A DNA stretch of 63,967 bases, filler included, from Sphacelaria rigidula (taxonomy: Eukaryota): assembly GCA_964200075.2 (NCBI GenBank). It is 2 parts of 2 records of this genome, joined end to end, with 100 filler letters (N's around TTAATTAATTAA, not from the genome) between each part and the next. Parts side by side here need not be neighbours in the genome. Positions count along the whole stretch, not along the records: positions 1 to 31,949 come from CAXNAA020000043.1; positions 32,050 to 63,967 come from CAXNAA020000044.1. One strand, 5' to 3'. Of the stretch, positions 28,501-39,300 are shown one piece after another. Made by a program: the position numbers and the translations under genes. The notes under the pieces were generated by a model that had not been told where the DNA came from, did no database searches, and saw only the letters and a list, made by a program, of their open reading frames with translations. The stretch's first letter is position 1; each line of letters opens with the position of its first letter.

Positions 28501-31500
28501 TTCAAGCGCGGAAATATCAATTACTCGTCAGAGAGAAGAAAAGAGAAGAAGACATGGGACATGTGTCGGGATTCAAGCCGACCGTTTGGCGTCTTTTAGC
28601 CGTACTGATTAGAGGACCGGGGCGCGGTGACCTGATTGGTCTCCAGGTAACGCCGTAGGATTTATCAGCTCTTTGCATATCGTGTTCGAGTATCTCTACG
28701 TTTACTGTCGGTTAGGCGTGACGGTGCTTCATGGATCTGTGGACAGAAGAGGACAAAAGTGCTGTCACGAGTCGAACGCTGTTGGTTCTCGCATGACAGC
28801 CAAACTAGCCAAATCTTATCACGATCCAGAGCTGTGGAAGATCTGCTTAGTCGTGCTAAGGTCTAGCGCCAGGCGTGACCTCCCCCGCCCTCCCCCCCCT
28901 CCCCCCCGCGACCTTGAACTACTAAAAATACCCAAAAGAGCTGTCACACCGTTTGCTGTGCCGGAAGCAATTGCTGAAGGAGCGGCAGCAGAAAGCTTGT
29001 TGGAAAGGTTGACTTCCAGGGCGTCGATCGCCTTCTTCGGGGCGATGCGGCACTTGGGTACGGGGGACGTGATGACCGTGGCGGCATGCTGCTCCAAGCT
29101 TTCTGCTGCTCTCGACGGCGGCGATGCTATCGAGGTAAATCCTTGTGTTCTGCCATCAGCAGGGTTTGCGCGAGTTCGTCAACAGGTTACCCCGTATTGG
29201 AAATACTTGATTTCGGTATTGGACCATCAAGTTCGTACGTTCAAAGGTGCCACAGCCCCGAGTGCTCCGATCGTCAGCACCACGCGTTTTTGCTAAAATA
29301 GGTTCCAATTGATTCCAAGTGATTCCAAGTGATTCCAACTAAAGCCGTGCCCACGGTGCCGCTTCGAGGTCTGCCTACGCACCCTGTGCCCGGGACACCA
29401 TCTGCATATATCACTTTCCCGAGGGTTCTCGGTATGCCTTGGCTTGGGTTCAAAGTTAAAGTTGTGTACAGAATGCGCCAACCATAGCGATCTGACGACG
29501 AACTCGTATAAGCCTGCCTCGTTGATCTGATATTTATAGTTATTGTTCGTCCAGTGACCCTTGTAATTTTGGGATAGCGGCCGTCAAGGGGGGGGTAGTG
29601 ATGTGTAAAGCCTCGTATCGCCCGACGATGAAACGTAAAAGGCCGACCTGAGCTATTCAAAGCCAACTCGTGGCCAATCTTGGTACCAGCTCTGGTACCA
29701 GCTCTGGAATGCAAAGAAGCAAACCGCTTCGGTAGCTTGATAAGGCCTGTCAACCATTCCTGTCGATGTAACCGTACATGCTACCGGGACCCGTTTCCCG
29801 GGGCGGTTTTGTCGGTGGTTGTCGCGAAGCCATGGCGTACTATGTGTCCTTTGAGGCCTTGGAGCAACCACCAAGTGTATGCTGTTGATTCGAATGTGAA
29901 GGTTCAACGGCAACCTCCCATGTGCCCGAACGTTTGGTGCAGCACTATCGAGCTTTGGCGGCGGACGACGAACCCCGTGTGACGCGGAACGGTTTCCATT
30001 TAGCTTTGAGGCGTGCTGCCTCTCCCAAGTTTTATCTCCACCACATGGTCTCTGCAGCCACCGCCAGGAACTACGCCAAGGCGGCGGCAGGTGATGCTTT
30101 GTCGCTTACATGTAGTATTTTTGACATGATTGTTATATGAGTGCGAGTAACATTCACCTAGCAGGATGACGATAGCCTGTTGTACGTGTCTGATACGGTC
30201 AACATTGAGTTGCTGTTCACGGCCACAAGCGGGTTAAGCGTGGACGGTGGACGGTGGTGACTCTTGTTTTCGGACAATTTTTCGAGTAACGTTGTTGTCA
30301 CGAAGGTCGACAATTTGTTGAATCGCCGTCATGTTCCATTGAGGACTGACCTGTCAACTTACCCAGGCGGTCGAGGTGTTCGCCGACTGACTTCTCACGC
30401 CCTTTATTCCAAGAGGTAGATGCGGCCATGGACTCATGACTGGTGGGTGTCGTCGTCTTTCTTCAAACTCGCTCGTGAGCTTGCGCTTGATCCTCCCCTT
30501 CCCCTCCCCCTCCGCCCTCCCAATCTTCATTTTGTGGGTCTATTTCTTCTGTCTGCTTTCGATAGGGGCAAAGTTGGAGATGATCCCGTCGATGGGTGTA
30601 GGGCAAACTGGGATTGCTTTCACCAGTGCAGCGGAAGTGGAAGCAGCGGGCATCACATGGCTTGAGGTATTCCACTGGCGAATCTGGGGACTGTCCATCT
30701 TGAATGGTTGCAGTCGAGAATTTCAGTCGTTGGATCGGTGTGTGCATGCGTCGTGTATGTGGACTGTGCACGGTGTGACCAGTGGGCGAGGGGTGTGATT
30801 CCGAGGGTATGTTGTAATACTTCGCTTGTGCAGCGCTGAGACGATGCTGTAGCGTATGTTCTAGAAAATCGGATGTCCATCTCTTCTCCTTCTAGTAGGT
30901 GTGAAATCACTGAGTGTTCAGTAGACGTAACGACCGACTGGAATATGCTCTTTCCCGAGGTGGACCATGCAGCCCCCTCGTTTGCTGCAACTTCTGTAGG
31001 GAAGGTTCGTCCGGTGACGGGACGATGGCGAAATCGTATTACAGCGATCAGAGCCTTTTTTGCCCCAAGTCGACAGGAAGGAACAATCAATGTTCCGTGT
31101 GTTGCGGACTGCTGGTGAAGAACTGCACACCATTCAACGATGGTTTTAGTATTTGTATCCCTCCATAATTCCAAGATGAACCACTGCCGAGTCGCGTATG
31201 CAATCATGCGAACTATGGCGACCTGTGGAGCCGATCGCCGACCCTGTCGCCAAGGCTTTCGCCGATGGATTCATATTGAAATACCGAAGTGGGAAAGGCG
31301 TCCGGCGCGATGGTTCTGGTCTGAGGCCGTTTCATATCAATACCCGGCGACGACTATATGCTCATGGTTTTGTGAGCAGTGTATTTTCGTACTTTTGTTT
31401 TCCGCCGCCGATGTCACAGGTGGAGCAGTTGGCGGATCCACTCGCCAAGAATTTCGTGGTGGAATTCTGTTGGAGGACGGAAACCATGGCTACTTTTTTC

Positions 31501-31551
31501 GCCGACCCAGACTCGTCCACGAGCTCCGCAATGGTCAAGATTGAGTACGAG
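7445..31551 (+). CDS. COG0523/CobW-family (ZNG1/CBWD-like) zinc metallochaperone GTPase with C-terminal extension; 14 exons, 5' and 3' partial
   Basis: Exons 7445-7540, 8127-8243, 14990-15046, 16052-16282, 16938-17132, 18369-18514, 24673-24776, 25700-25806, 26016-26200, 26756-26866, 28873-29134, 29943-30090, 30566-30666 and 31420-31551 join in phase (1992 nt, 664 codons). Motifs in order: [17 protein letters not shown] (Walker A), [36 protein letters not shown], His-rich linker, CobW_C (RSKAVL...IVFIG). Confidence 0.9.
8127..8243 (+). CDS. COG0523 gene exon (Walker A, ENEFGE)
   Basis: cag|[39 protein letters not shown]|gtgaga. Confidence 0.95.
9331..10600. mobile_element. Non-autonomous hAT-type DNA transposon (1270 bp) in a COG0523 intron
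   Basis: TIR TAGAGTT(C/T)GGTATTGGGT at both ends; perfect 8-bp TSD GTTGGCAC at 9323-9330 and 10601-10608; subterminal gatat/atatc motifs; no recognisable transposase. Confidence 0.9.
12116..12530 (-). repeat. Modular dispersed repeat (copy 1); ~300-bp body also at 63050-63350
   Basis: Collinear match to 63050-63350. Sub-modules recur at 17349-17383, 31900-31949, 32097-32210, 35056-35170, 35251-35370, 37581-37695 and 41362-41436. Confidence 0.85.
12728..12972. mobile_element. MITE-like foldback with imperfect TIRs
   Basis: gtgtattgggtagg ... cctacccaacacac; inner pair ataatgggtagag / ctctacccgttat. Confidence 0.6.
14990..15046 (+). CDS. COG0523 gene exon ([19 protein letters not shown])
   Basis: tag| and CAG|gtgtgt; 57 nt, phase 0/0; supplies the conserved VxID motif after ENEFGE; not annotated in this frame by the ORF track. 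Confidence 0.9.
16052..16282 (+). CDS. COG0523 gene exon (GCMCC metal motif, ETTGMADP)
   Basis: cag|[18 protein letters not shown]...[18 protein letters not shown]|gtacag. Confidence 0.95.
16938..17132 (+). CDS. COG0523 gene exon ([10 protein letters not shown]...[12 protein letters not shown])
   Basis: cag| and AAG|gtttgt; 195 nt, phase 0/0. Confidence 0.93.
18369..18514 (+). CDS. COG0523 gene exon (VDLV...RSINQSA...)
   Basis: cag|VD completes the G4 NKxD motif; donor AG|gttagt, phase 2. Confidence 0.9.
19033..22060 (+). mobile_element. Decayed RTE-type LINE (APE endonuclease plus RT) in a COG0523 intron
   Basis: [71 protein letters not shown]; many stops and frameshifts. Confidence 0.92.
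23781..23862 (+). other. tRNA-derived Pol III-like unit (SINE head or tRNA pseudogene)
   Basis: A box TGGTGTAATGG at 23790-23800, B box GGTTCGATTCC at 23834-23844, T6 run at 23857-23862; acceptor stem does not pair. Confidence 0.55.
24673..24776 (+). CDS. COG0523 gene exon (acidic/His-rich linker HAHDHAHSH)
   Basis: tag| and G|gtgcgg; phases 2/1 fit both neighbours. Confidence 0.85.
25700..25806 (+). CDS. COG0523 gene exon (His-rich linker [16 protein letters not shown])
   Basis: cag| acceptor; donor CAG|gcaagc (GC) or an in-phase GT donor after 25815. Confidence 0.8.
26016..26200 (+). CDS. COG0523 gene exon (CobW_C domain)
   Basis: cag|VGTFSL...[27 protein letters not shown]|gtgaga. Confidence 0.9.
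26756..26866 (+). CDS. COG0523 gene exon (end of CobW_C)
   Basis: cag|...[27 protein letters not shown]...AG|gtgcgt, phase 2. Confidence 0.88.
28873..29134 (+). CDS. Exon of C-terminal extension (poly-Pro plus F-box-like segment)
   Basis: In-phase cag| (an alternative AG lies 6 nt upstream); GAG|gtaaat donor; open, GC-rich, coding-like. Confidence 0.7.
29943..30090 (+). CDS. Exon of C-terminal extension (HYRALAADD...NYAKAAA)
   Basis: cag| and CAG|gtgatg; phases 0/1. Confidence 0.65.
30566..30666 (+). CDS. Exon of C-terminal extension (GAKLEMIP...AAGITWLE)
   Basis: Pyrimidine tract plus tag|; GAG|gtattc; phases 1/0. Confidence 0.72.
31420..31551 (+). CDS. Exon of C-terminal extension (VEQLADP...MVKIEYE), last before the gap
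   Basis: Pyrimidine tract plus cag|; GAG|gtaaac; 132 nt, phase 0/0; no stop codon reached. Confidence 0.72.
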
Positions 31552-31949
31552 GTAAACAAGAGCACTGCGGTAGAAATATATTACTAGTATTATTTCAGTA
31601 AGTGCTGTACGAGAAAAGTGTTGCGAAGTCGCTCATCATTTCAACGTACTGCATCTTGCGTGACATGGAACAATGTGACATGTCGGAGTAGTGCGTGACA
31701 GCGTTCCGAAATCGCGCCTTGTCGCGATTAGCTGGGTCGATCTGAATCTTCCAACATCTAACTATGTTGGGATGATTCCTTGTACTGTGACCTTCAATTA
31801 CGTCAGCATAATGGTTAGATGCTATCTGCGGAGCTGTTCGAAGTTACATGAACAACTGGTAGCCTTGACCTTCAACCATACGGGGACAAAGGTTGACGTG
31901 AGGGGGGGGGTGTACTCATGATCATGCATGCCATAGTCATAACACCATG

Positions 31950-32049
31950 NNNNNNNNNNNNNNNNNNNNNNNNNNNNNNNNNNNNNNNNNNNNTTAATTA
32001 ATTAANNNNNNNNNNNNNNNNNNNNNNNNNNNNNNNNNNNNNNNNNNNN
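31950..32049. other. Assembly gap with artificial TTAATTAATTAA linker
   Basis: 100-nt block: Ns with a central six-frame stop linker at 31994-32005. Confidence 0.97.
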
Positions 32050-33828
32050 ACCTACAGATATTGACGTATTGTGCGGGATGGGGGGGGGGGGGGGCGTACT
32101 CATTTGTTGCTTGCCTTACTCGTTTGACCATTGACCACGCATCCCTTTCGAGACGGAGCAAGAGGGGGGTACTCATGATCTTGCATGCCGTAGTCATATG
32201 ACCATTGACCTCGCACAGGACATCGAAGGCACTCTCCCTTCTCTTTAATTTTTCCATGCAATCCGCTACTGGCGTGGGGGCTTGGTGCTTTTCAACCATG
32301 TCTCATGACTGGCAACTCACACAGCTTGTGCGCCCATTCAGCAACCCGCAGGTGAAAAAAAACTGTTTTGTTACACGCACGCGGACCAACTCAAACCATC
32401 TCGGTACTGAAAAAATACCAATGTTTTCGTTTCCATCAGAGACTGCTCGATTTTTTCATATGTTATCATAACTTCGGAGAAGGCCAGACCGCTGCCTATA
32501 AGTAGATTTTGAAAGCGCGCTTGCGAAATTCGGCTCACAAGTTCACACGAGAAAAAAAACAATCTCACGTTTCGTCCTAGGATCAAACTCGCCGGGCGTG
32601 AAAACTGCGGCGTCACGTCACGCTTAAACAGCTCGAAGAACTCCTGGCGACCTGTCCCAAGCTCATCGTTCCCGAACCAAGCGTCTGCGCCCCCGGTGAA
32701 GTCCTCGATCACGCCGGCAAACGCATTGGAATCGAAATCGCAGAAAGAAGAATCAGAATACCCGGAAGAGCCGGAAGAGCCGGAAGAACGATCGTCGCTG
32801 TTGTCGCTGTCGCACCCGCTACTGCTGGACGCCGACGACGGTGATGAAGATCCTGAGGAGCAAGGCCCCATCGACACGGGCGCCGACGGTGCTGTATCTG
32901 GGTGGCGATCGACATTGTCCAAGACTGCAGGTGACATGCTAGCAGTCGCCAGCGCCGCCGATTCCTCTGTGTCTTCTGCTACGGCGGGGGTGGTGACGGC
33001 AGGGGAGGGGCCAGTGCTATCACAAGGAGCATCGGGGCGAGTACGACAGACTGCTTGTGGTGGTGGACAGTCTAAGGGCGGTATCAGCGAAGGATTATCA
33101 TCCAGAAGCGGCTCTGTGATAGGGGAAGCGGGAGTAGCCGCCATAGCGGCAGGGACTGTTGTACCGGAGACGAAGCGAGGCGGGTGGTTTGGCGACGGAG
33201 GGGAAATGTCAACCCAGATCGCTTCACCATGTTGCTGCTCAACGCTAAATCGGATATTCCTACTGCGCAAAGTCGTTGGATCCGCATCATTCGCATTTTG
33301 CTACTGGGTGTCCGGTGCGCACTTTCGATTTTTTTTACCTGCAATTGCCCCTTCTGCTCCCGTAGAATGCGCCGGTGGTGGCCCGCCATCATCATCGTCG
33401 TCATCACGATCACCATAGTTTGTGTTCTGTTCGACACCGGTTATCCCGATCACTTCGACGACACCGCCCGCGATCTCTCCATGCTTTGTAGAGATCTGCC
33501 TAGACAACCACGTTTTGGGGTCACCGCCGGAATGTCGACTTCGCTTTTCTGCTGATCCATGAGCGGGAGCTGTTTCGTTTTCCACGTCGGTGGCTCTCGC
33601 TGCTTCTATAGTGTTTGCGATAGCGTTACCCGCGCCATGCTCTGTCGTTTTGTTCAGATCTGAAGCGTGCAATGCAGCCGCGGGACGCAGAAGTTAAGCG
33701 AGTAAAATTACACCTCGGAACACAATCATTAAGTTCGACTCAGAAGTAGGAGTGGTCGAACTCTCCTAAGTAGCCATACTCACTGCTTGTACACAAATTA
33801 GGTACGGATTTTTTTGCTGAGAATGAAA

Positions 33829-34176
33829 AACCCGGAGAATTAAAATCTTCGTATTCACACCAAATCTTCGAAATATGATTCCATTTCTTCACTTGTTGGT
33901 GGCTATTAACAACTACTACACGCCATAGAAATTTGAATTTCGATAACCGATATGTTGAGGTCCTCGGTGAAGAAAACTTTTTGGGGAATCTCGGAGATCT
34001 GATCGAATCATCCAAGTTCCCGAAAATTTCTTCTTTACTTAGGACCCCAACATGTCGGCTATCAGGATCCAAATTGGTATGGCATGTAGAAGTTGTCAAT
34101 AGCTACTAGTAGGTGAAGGAGCGGTACTATATTTCAAAGATTTGGTGTTGATACGAAGATTTCAGTTCTCCGGGTT
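33829..34176. repeat. ~350-bp imperfect foldback
   Basis: aacccggagaattaaaatcttcgtattcacaccaaatcttcgaaatat pairs with atatttcaaagatttggtgttgatacgaagatttcagttctccgggtt; pairing continues to a centre near 34000. Confidence 0.85.
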
Positions 34177-34260
34177 CTTATCCTAAAAAAAACATCCCCA
34201 ATTTGTAAAATCCCATGTGCCATCGCGGTTTCACTCAGCATTTGTCATATTCTGAATGAT

Positions 34261-34465
34261 AGAGAGTTTCGGAAAAATGCTTTTTTTGTCATTTCAGAGT
34301 GCAAATATCTCAGGATTAGAGTGCAGAAATAAAAAAGAAACAAAACTCATCGAAAAAACGTTAAGGGTATACCACATTTGACGGAGGGGAAAATAATTTC
34401 TCGATACACTGATCCTGAGATATTCGCACTCTGAAATGAAAAAAAAGCGCTTTCCGAAACTCTCT
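34261..34465. repeat. Inverted repeat (~56-bp arms, ~95-bp spacer), MITE-like
   Basis: agagagtttcggaaa...catttcagagtgcaaatatctcaggat / atcctgagatattcgcactctgaaatg...tttccgaaactctct. Confidence 0.85.
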
Positions 34466-35039
34466 AATGTCTCAATCACGACCACAGTATGATCCCACGT
34501 TGGAAATAGTGCACCAGTACAACGAGCATTGCCGCTCGTAGGGCACGGTATCCTAACCTGTGAAGGGTATCGAACGCCGTAGCTTTGGCGAGTCCTGGAC
34601 CACTACAACATCGGGAGCGATCTGCGGAGGGCCGGCGGCGACAAGCCGTGCGTACATCTCCTTGGCTGTAACCGTATCTTTGCCCTTGCCACGCATGTCT
34701 CCATGTTCCTCTGCTTTCACGTCCCAGCCATCAAGCTTCCGCTCCCCAGAAAGCCCGGAAAGTTCTTGGGGGGACCATACTCTTGCACGTGGGAATATCT
34801 TCTCGTAAGTATTTCGGGCCGGCCGCACGGGGTCGACGCCGCAGGCTGCTGGTGCAGGGCTACCTAGGTTCGTCGTTCTGCATGATGATGCCGCTCTTCT
34901 CGTCACCGCACGATTGATGTCCATTTTTTCTGTTGGCCAACAAACCGCAGCATGGGGTCGTGCTTTCGGTGACGGGACAGAACAGCGAAGTTGACACAGA
35001 AACGACCCCATCTCATGTTCGGCGGAGGTATACATGCGG

Positions 35040-35370
35040 GGGGGGGTGGGGGCATACTCATTTGTTGCTTGCCTTATTCATAGTCGTTTGACCATTGACC
35101 ACGCATCTCTTTCGAGACGGAGCACCATTCCTACTCCTGATGGAGACACCAACATTCAGGCGCTCATTACGTTTATTCCATAGCTCATGACGTTTATTCC
35201 ATACATTGTACAAAAACCTTTCACGTATGGGGAGGGGGGGGAGGAGGGTATACTCATTTGTTTCTTGCCTTATTAATAGTTGTTTGACCATTGACCACGC
35301 ACCTTTCGAGACGGAGCACCGTTCCTACTCCTAATGGAGACACCTCCAACATTTAGGCGCTCATTACGTA
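35040..35370 (+). repeat. Two tandem copies of the G-tract-headed ~110-bp module
   Basis: tactcatttgtt.cttgccttatt.atagt.gtttgaccattgaccacgca...tttcgagacggagcacc.ttcctactcct.atggagacacc occurs twice. Confidence 0.85.
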
Positions 35371-36530
35371 TGCAAAGTATGCATGCGGGGGAAATGAAAT
35401 GTTAATGTTGAGCACAATAAACTCCGTACATGGCAGCAGCACCAACTACAGTGGACCACGAATTTGATCTACACAGGGTTTACAGATTGGACGGAAACCG
35501 GGGTCACCTTTCGTTGAGATGTCAAAATGACCTCTGAGCTACTCACTCGGCGCTGAGTGCGTGGCTCAGTGGTAAATGTGGCATCTTCAAAGGGAACACG
35601 CCTCCGAGAGTCAACAAACGAGGGTCTGCACAGCGGGGGAAATCGGCTACAGCTCTTGCTTAGTCGGCGTGCTACCTCGTCGGCATATTTTTCTTCAGTT
35701 TATTCTGCTACAGCACAGCAAGCGCCAATGCTTTATGGCGGATTTTTTGTCATAACTGGTTCGTTGTGCCTTCACGATGAAACAGACCATGCCATTATTG
35801 TTATCTCGTTCGTGGATGAACACTAATCTAATAACAGGCTTCTTCACGAATTTCTGCGTCTTCTGCTGTGCTTTCAGACGGCAGTTCAACGGCGTCGTTC
35901 CTATTCGTTGAATGTCTGCTTGTGTACCACACGTACATCACTGAACTAGACGATCGCTTGGATGCAAATAGTTGACACTCAACGACATGCCAGGCGGGTC
36001 AGGATTTCTTCCTCAAGACCGGATGAACAATACCCGGAGATCGATCTGGCACCATTGCGTCTCTGTGCAGTAATTAGTCTCAGATCACAGCTGAAGAAAA
36101 CAACTGAAATCATTGGCGGCAACTGAATGTAGCTGGAGGATGTCGTTGTTTGTCGTATCATAAACAGTGAGGTTTTTCACATAATAGCCGGCGTCGTTTA
36201 CATGTAATTCTTCATTTGCCCATGATCTCTAACCGGCTCAACGATGATTATGGGCGTTCATCCTTCTTACTTTCTGTCCTGTCTACCTTAGGCACGTCTA
36301 TCATGTGGATAATGACCACTCCGGAGTTCCTCGGGGATTGGTTCACATGCGATAATCAATCTGTTCCCACGGGTTATCTTGTCTCCGTTAGGCTATGAGT
36401 GCATGTGCTTTTGCGCAAGATCTTTCTCGTCTGAAGCACGTTGCAGAGAGAGGCCGGCCATTTCTAGTCTTTATTTAGTCTCCATGTTGTTTGTTTGTTT
36501 GTTTGTTTTTGGAATGAATGTGGTTTTGTA

Positions 36531-36548
36531 TGTTGTTGTTGTTGTTGC

Positions 36549-36586
<38 letters not shown>

Positions 36587-36593
36587 TTGTTGT
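36531..36593 (+). repeat. (GTT)n microsatellite
   Basis: Direct reading. Confidence 0.9.
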
Positions 36594-38088
36594 TTTTTCA
36601 GTCCCTTCTGTTTGTTTGTTCTACTTTGCTTTTTTCTTCAAAAGCTTTCTTGAGCGAATGTTTCCGTTTTGTTCACCGTGGGTACGTACGTCCAACTTGT
36701 GAATAATGACCACTCACGACCGGATCCCTCGGGGATCAGTGAATGTACGAAAATCTATCGATCATCAAGCAACCAAACCAAACCACCCGCTTCAAACGGG
36801 GTGATATCGAAAAATGTTTTCGTGATATTGAGAGTAGATGATACGGTTGAGAGTAAAAAGCGATCAAATAGCGAATAAATCATTTCAGATCCGAAATGCC
36901 CCTCCACGAGACCCGATATGTTTTCTGTAGTAGCTTGCCACCAAGGCCCTTGATATCCCTGAGTAGGATATCGACGTGTAGCTGTAAGCACACGCCAGTG
37001 ATACGAGGCAAAAACAAACCAGACGGGATGAAGAACTGGCCAGAGCGAATGATAGAAGCCACTCCCAATCAGCCTTCTACTCTAAATATCACGAACACGT
37101 TGTTATCTCGAGCTGTTCCTGATTGGAGCGTGATCAGATATAGTGTTTCACTTATCTATCTACTGTCCAGTTCAAATATGGCCGCGCGTCTTGTTTTTTG
37201 TGTTGCATGTTTAGTCGATCACGTATTTTTTCAAAGGTCGGACAAATCAGCGCTGATTCGAATCACAAAATTTTGCGATTCGTGATGCCTGATCGTTCGA
37301 AAGAGGGAGAAAAGTTGACCGCGAGTCTAAGAAGCTTCTACTCAAATTTTGCGCTATTCTAGTGCCGGCGATGCCCGCACCTGGGGTGAAACGCTCAAAA
37401 ACAAAGCCCGAGGATTGATTCGTAGAATACGAATCAATTACGCTCAAAGCAATCAATTTTCAAGACGAATCAGTAGTCGTCCAACCCTAGTATTTTTTGC
37501 CGTACCGATTAGGGTGAATCCGTCGAATCGAGTCGCCCGCGTATTGTCCGTGCGATATCTGCCGATACGGAGCGGGGACGTACTCGTCTGTTGCTTGCCA
37601 TAGTCGTTTGACCACTGACCACGCACCCCTTTCGAGACAGAGCACCGTTCCTACTGCTAACACAGACACCTCCAATATTCAGGCGCTCATGACGTTTTTT
37701 CCGTACACATCACAAGAGCCCTTCACATATCTTGTTATCTTCCGGACTGTCTGTGGCCACCATCTATCTCCCAGTATAGCTATCGCTTTCTTGCGACTGT
37801 GTAATGTATCAAACGATTTCATGCTGCCGCCTTCGTGTATTCCCCGCATTTTCTCCCCCAACACGCCTCGTTCCTTCTTGTAAAGTTTACATTCTGCCAC
37901 TGTATGAGCTCTACTCTCTGTTGCTTTGCCTCAGGGGTAATTGCTTGCATCTACTTCCTCCTCCACTTGACTACCGGTAAACATTTTCCTTCTTTCTGGC
38001 AGGTCCAGGTCCCCTACCCGAAATCGCAGTTTCGTTTCCATTGGGCCATGCTGATACATTCTCAGCCCTATCCCCTCTCTCAACCCCC

Positions 38089-38123
<35 letters not shown>

Positions 38124-38862
38124 TCAGGTGCTCTTCCTCGTCTACTTTCCGTCTAGCGCATATTTCCCCCCCTATTTCCATCATGTCCATTAAGTTTGTC
38201 CTGTCCCCGCCACGTTGACCTTCAGACATCATCTCGTCTTGGTTTCCTCCAATGTCCTTCCGTACGTTTTCGACTTAGGTACCCCACCCGCACGGGGGGG
38301 GGGGGGAGGGGGGGTCGCGTCACACCAGTTTTGTTACGTTTCGGTACAATTATGCTTCGTTTCGGTAAAACTACGGCCCGTTTCAATATTTTATCACACG
38401 TGCGCGCAGCAGCTCATACTTGACCCGGCGGACTCATGCGTGTCTTCTCTAGGCTTCTCCTCCGTGTAGCCCCAGGTTCTCCAACAAATATTTGTAGATA
38501 TGTCCGTCATGTACGGCTTATGTGGAGAAGGTGGGAATACGCGCCAAATTCACGCAGCCAACGTCGAAAACAGACGACAGCGTATCATTCACGGGTGAAA
38601 GGCGCAGTAATACGCGCAGTCTATGCGACTTGTAGACGAAAAGTGCACGAGTGGTGCGCCCCGTTGCATGAAAGCACATGAGCAGAGATTATGCTTTCTG
38701 GCTACAGTGTTGTTTTCCGTTAAAATCAATTCCAACTTCACTAATGCATGAAAACTATCCACAGGTCGGTCAGGTCAGCTCTCTGTAGCTCGAGCTAGCT
38801 CTGTTTTAGCGTAGCTACCTAGTGAACTGTGAGAGCTACATGAGCTACGAATAGTTTCTACT

Positions 38863-39300
38863 GGGTGAGCTACGACAGCTGTATGGGCTACATATGTTTG
38901 CCCTACGTGAGCTACCAACGCGTAGCTCATCAGCTCATATTTTTCCTGGGTGAGCTATGGGAGCTGTATGAGCTACACACGTTTGCCCTTCGTGAGCTAC
39001 CAACCCATAGCTCATCAGCTCATATTCGTCCTCGGTGAGCTATGGGAGCTGTATGAGCTACACGCGTTTGTCATAGGTGAGCTACCAACCCGTAGCTCAT
39101 CAGCTCATATTCGTCCTCGGTGAGCTATGAGAGCTGCATGAGCTACGCATGTTTGCCCTGGAAGAGCTACCAACCCGTAGCTCATCAGCTCAGATTCTCT
39201 CTGGGTGAGCTATGAGAGCTGCATGAACTACGCATGTTTGCCCTGGAAGAGCTACCAACTCGTAGCTCGTCAGCTCATATTTTGTTTTGGGTGAGCTATC
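38863..39300 (+). repeat. 85-bp tandem minisatellite, ~5 units, AGCT-rich
   Basis: ggtgagcta recurs at 38864, 38949, 39034, 39119, 39204 and 39290. Confidence 0.92.

Noticed and set aside
29308-29340. 10-bp tandem tgattccaag and nearby 12-bp tandem at 29680-29708
   Set aside because: Short intronic duplications; no element boundaries or function could be supported.
31994-32005. TTAATTAATTAA palindrome inside the N run
   Set aside because: Artificial six-frame stop linker from scaffolding, not biology.
32696-33418. 240-aa + strand ORF as a continuation of the COG0523 gene
   Set aside because: No convincing splice sites; it looks like the antisense shadow of the low-complexity minus-strand ORF.
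36379-36706. Poly-Val/poly-Leu membrane-like ORFs
   Set aside because: Translation of a (GTT)n microsatellite.
38863-39300. CRISPR-like periodicity
   Set aside because: Whole 85-bp units are repeated with no unique spacers and no cas genes, in a eukaryotic context.
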